A stretch of DNA of 64,000 nucleotides from positions 434,001 through 498,000 of the forward strand of contig UYFQ01000032.1 in NCBI GenBank assembly GCA_900617105.1, written 5' to 3'. Positions within the stretch are counted from its first letter, which is position 1. Every line of letters begins with the position of its first letter. The translations under genes and the position numbers were made by a program. The DNA is from Hydrurus foetidus (Eukaryota). The notes under the pieces were generated by a model. The model was not told the origin of the DNA, made no database searches, and was given only the letters and a program-made list of their open reading frames with translations. Positions 61,046 through 64,000 of this stretch are shown in pieces.

Positions 61046-62905
61046 ATGGCTGATTCGACAGACACCCCCGTGGCACCTGCCAAACCGGTAGCACGCAAGA
61101 CCAGGGCACGTAAAGTGGCTTTACCGCCTCTAGATACTGCACGTAAAGCTATCAAAAAAGGAGTATCGCCGGAGCGCGCTGACCCTGCTCACCACGACGA
61201 TCACCCGGAGCATGCCCCGGCCAAGCCGCCGTCCACCGCGCGTTTGATCGAAACCGCCGCCAACAACACGCTGGCCATCAACCCCTTGATTGGCATCCGT
61301 ACCAGCGATTTCGGTGGCGCAGCGCAAGCCTTGTTCAGCACAGTGGTGAAGCAGCCGCTCAACGCGGCTAAGCACTTGCGCAGCTACGCCAAAGCGATGG
61401 GCAAGGCAGCGATGGGGCAGTCTGACGTGGCGATTGACCCCAAAGACAAGCGCTTTGCCGACCCCGCGTGGCAAAGCAGCGGTCTGCTCAAACGCCTGCG
61501 CCAAGCCCACGCTACGACGCAGGCCGAGTTGACCAGCTACATCGACGGCACGGCCTTGAGCGCTCGCGACAAAGCCCGCGCCCATCTGGTGGCCTCGATC
61601 TTTGTGGACACCATTGCGCCCAGCAACAGCCTGCTCAACCCCACAGCGCTCAAGCGGGCGGTGGACACGGGAGGGGCAAGTTTGGTGAAGGGCGCTAAAA
61701 ACCTGGTGCATGACATCCGCCACAACAAGGGCCTGCCCAGCTCGGTGGACAAATCCGCGTTCGAGATTGGCCGCAACCTGTGCCTGTCGCCCGGCAATGT
61801 GGTGTTCAAAAGTGAAGTGCTGGAGCTGATTCATTACAAACCCACGGTGGATGCGGTGTACACGCGCCCACTGGTCATCACCCCGCCGCAGGTGAACAAG
61901 TTTTACGCGCTGGATTTATCGCCCGAGAAAAGCCTCATCAAATTTGTGATGGCGCAAGGGCTGCAAGTCTTTGCCATCAGCTGGCGCAACCCCACCAAGG
62001 CGCAGCGGGACTGGAACCTCTCCACCTACGTGCAGGCGCTGGACGAAGCCGTGGACGTGGCCCGCCAAATCACCGGCAGCCCCGATGTGACGCTGTGGGG
62101 CGCGTGCTCCGGCGGCATGACGGCGGCAGCCTATGTCGGCTGGCTGGCGGCGACGGGGCAAAAGAAGGTGGCCAACCTGATCTCCCCGGTGTGCGTGCTC
62201 GACCCGTCGAAAACGATGGACACCACGATGGGGCTGATGGTGGGCGAGGAAAGCCTCTCTGCCCTCAAAGTAGCGGTGAAGCGCAAAGGCGTGATCGACG
62301 GCTCCGAGCTGGCCCGCGTGTTCGCGTGGCTGCGCCCGAACGATTTGATCTGGAACTACTGGGTCAACAACTACCTGTTGGGTAACAACCCACCGGCGTT
62401 TGACATCCTCTACTGGAACGCCGACACCACGCGCCTGCCCGCCGCCTTCCATGCCGATTTGATCGGCATTTTTGAGAAAAACCCCTACGTCAACGCCAAT
62501 GCAATGGAGGTGCTGGGCGAGCCGATCGACATGGGCAAAGTCGATGTGGAGGCCTACGTCGTTGCGGGCATCACCGACCACATCACGCCGTGGAAAGCCT
62601 GCTTTGAGACGGCCAGGATCTTCGGCGCCAAGAGCACTTTCGTACTGGCAAACGCCGGGCACTTGCAGTGCATGCTGAACCCACCGGGCAGCCCCAAATC
62701 GTTCTTCTTTGCAGCCAATGCGGGCGACGCGCAGCCCGAAGCCTGGGCCGAGACCGCGCCGCGCAATGAGGGCAGCTGGTGGCCGCACTGGATGGCGTGG
62801 ATGCAGCAGCGCTCAGGCGCCCTCAAGCCCACGCCGAAAAAGCTGGGCAGCCGCAAATACCCGGCTGGCGTTGATGCCCCCGGTGAGTACGTGATGGTGC
62901 CTTGA
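61046..62905 (+). CDS. phaC: PHA synthase, class II-like
   Basis: DKRFADPAW, PPQVNKFY, lipase-box GACSGG, WLRPNDLIWNYWVNNYLLG, DHITPW, GHLQ, GSWWPHW. Confidence 0.93.
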   Translation: MADSTDTPVAPAKPVARKTRARKVALPPLDTARKAIKKGVSPERADPAHHDDHPEHAPAKPPSTARLIETAANNTLAINPLIGIRTSDFGGAAQALFSTVVKQPLNAAKHLRSYAKAMGKAAMGQSDVAIDPKDKRFADPAWQSSGLLKRLRQAHATTQAELTSYIDGTALSARDKARAHLVASIFVDTIAPSNSLLNPTALKRAVDTGGASLVKGAKNLVHDIRHNKGLPSSVDKSAFEIGRNLCLSPGNVVFKSEVLELIHYKPTVDAVYTRPLVITPPQVNKFYALDLSPEKSLIKFVMAQGLQVFAISWRNPTKAQRDWNLSTYVQALDEAVDVARQITGSPDVTLWGACSGGMTAAAYVGWLAATGQKKVANLISPVCVLDPSKTMDTTMGLMVGEESLSALKVAVKRKGVIDGSELARVFAWLRPNDLIWNYWVNNYLLGNNPPAFDILYWNADTTRLPAAFHADLIGIFEKNPYVNANAMEVLGEPIDMGKVDVEAYVVAGITDHITPWKACFETARIFGAKSTFVLANAGHLQCMLNPPGSPKSFFFAANAGDAQPEAWAETAPRNEGSWWPHWMAWMQQRSGALKPTPKKLGSRKYPAGVDAPGEYVMVP

Positions 62906-62927
62906 GCGTCTTGAAAGGGAACACACG

Positions 62928-63944
62928 ATGACCGCAAACGCAGAAATGAATCCCTTGATGGGTTTGACCTTGGCCAGCACCCCGAGAAAACCTCGGGCCA
63001 AAGCCACACCGAAAGCCATGCCTAAAGCAACATCCAGGACAACGCCCCCAACAGCGGCCGATAGAAAACCAGCCCTCAGCGCTGTGGACAAACTCAGCGG
63101 CGTGCAAATCGACCCCGAGTCTGGTCTGCACATTGGCACGATTGACATCGACGGCCAACTGCTGCGCGTGGGCATTCGCCCTCGGCCTGCCAACTCTACA
63201 GCCCGGTCTAGCGCCCCGCTGTTACTGTTCAACGGCATTGGGGCCAACATGGAACTGGCCGGGCCGTTGCTGGCGGAGCTTGACCAGTTTGAATCCCTGA
63301 TTTTTGACCTTCCCGGCGCAGGCAAATCGCCACCGCCCAAGTACCCTTACCGCCTGTTCAGCATGGCCAGACTGGCCCGCAAGCTGCTCGATGAGCTGGG
63401 GTATGGCACGGTGGACGTGATGGGTGTCTCGTGGGGTGGAGGCTTGGCGCAGCAGTTCGCCATCCAGTACCCCCAACGGGTGCGCCGCTTGGTGCTCGCC
63501 GCAACTGCGATGGGCGGGCCGACCATGGTCCCCGGCCACCCCAGCGTGCTGCTGAAAATGGTGAACCCACGCCGTTACCTGGACAAAGGCTACATGAAGC
63601 GTGTGGCCCCCCAGCTCTACGGCGGCGACCTGCGTACCGACCCGGACGCGATCAAACTCTTCACCGACCACGCCAAAGGGGGCGATAAAAAGGGCTACCG
63701 CTATCAAATGCTGGCCATGCTAGGCTGGACAAGCCTGCCCTGGCTGTGGCGCATCAAGCACCCCACGCTGGTGATGGCCGGTAACGACGACCCGCTGGTG
63801 CCACTCATCAACGCCCGGCTGCACGCTTGGCTGCTGAGCGATGCACGCTTGCACATCCTGAACGACGGCCATTTGTTCTTGCTGACCCGCGCCAAGGAGA
63901 CAGCTGACACCATTGCGGCGTTTTTGGAGGAATCTAAGGCGTAA
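62928..63944 (+). CDS. phaZ: Intracellular PHA depolymerase (Pseudomonas mcl type)
   Basis: PLLLFNGIGANMEL, GVSWGG, DDPLVPLINA, DGHLF. Confidence 0.92.
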   Translation: MTANAEMNPLMGLTLASTPRKPRAKATPKAMPKATSRTTPPTAADRKPALSAVDKLSGVQIDPESGLHIGTIDIDGQLLRVGIRPRPANSTARSSAPLLLFNGIGANMELAGPLLAELDQFESLIFDLPGAGKSPPPKYPYRLFSMARLARKLLDELGYGTVDVMGVSWGGGLAQQFAIQYPQRVRRLVLAATAMGGPTMVPGHPSVLLKMVNPRRYLDKGYMKRVAPQLYGGDLRTDPDAIKLFTDHAKGGDKKGYRYQMLAMLGWTSLPWLWRIKHPTLVMAGNDDPLVPLINARLHAWLLSDARLHILNDGHLFLLTRAKETADTIAAFLEESKA

Positions 63945-64000
63945 GCTGTGGGGTGTATTCACCTCAACCGCTCAGGAGACAACCTTGGTCACAACCGTTA

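Overview
This is a GC-rich betaproteobacterial chromosome segment; gene order and protein sequences look Comamonadaceae (Rhodoferax/Polaromonas-like), which is an inference. 1-24 kb is core: mdh, GntR (SdhR-type), sdhCDAB-sdhE-gltA, LysR, leuC-ecnB-leuD-leuB, asd-fimV-truA-trpFBA-accD. 24-64 kb mixes housekeeping genes (argA, queF, amt, yaaA, blc, eco) with accessory modules: vapBC, two orphan antitoxins, a TerD/TelA/TelA/vWA cluster, an RloA/RloB-like ATPase+TOPRIM pair, a BRO-N gene, a CcdA/thioredoxin/ECF-sigma module and a Pseudomonas-type class II phaC-phaZ operon. Five non-obvious signals stand out. (i) Three accessory cassettes are each bracketed by a direct duplication of a host gene's 3' end (169, about 129 and 22 bp), with no integrase or transposase in the window. 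(ii) The redox cassette has a matched pair of divergent TGAATCC-N14-CGCCTCT ECF-like promoters. (iii) A 333-bp nested palindrome (REPIN-like) sits beside a toxin-less antitoxin. (iv) A terminator/anti-terminator leader precedes a small basic protein. (v) A dispersed GCTAT-N7-ATAGC-like motif occurs inside and between genes. I recognised no rRNA, tRNA or CRISPR array. All alignments were done by eye.
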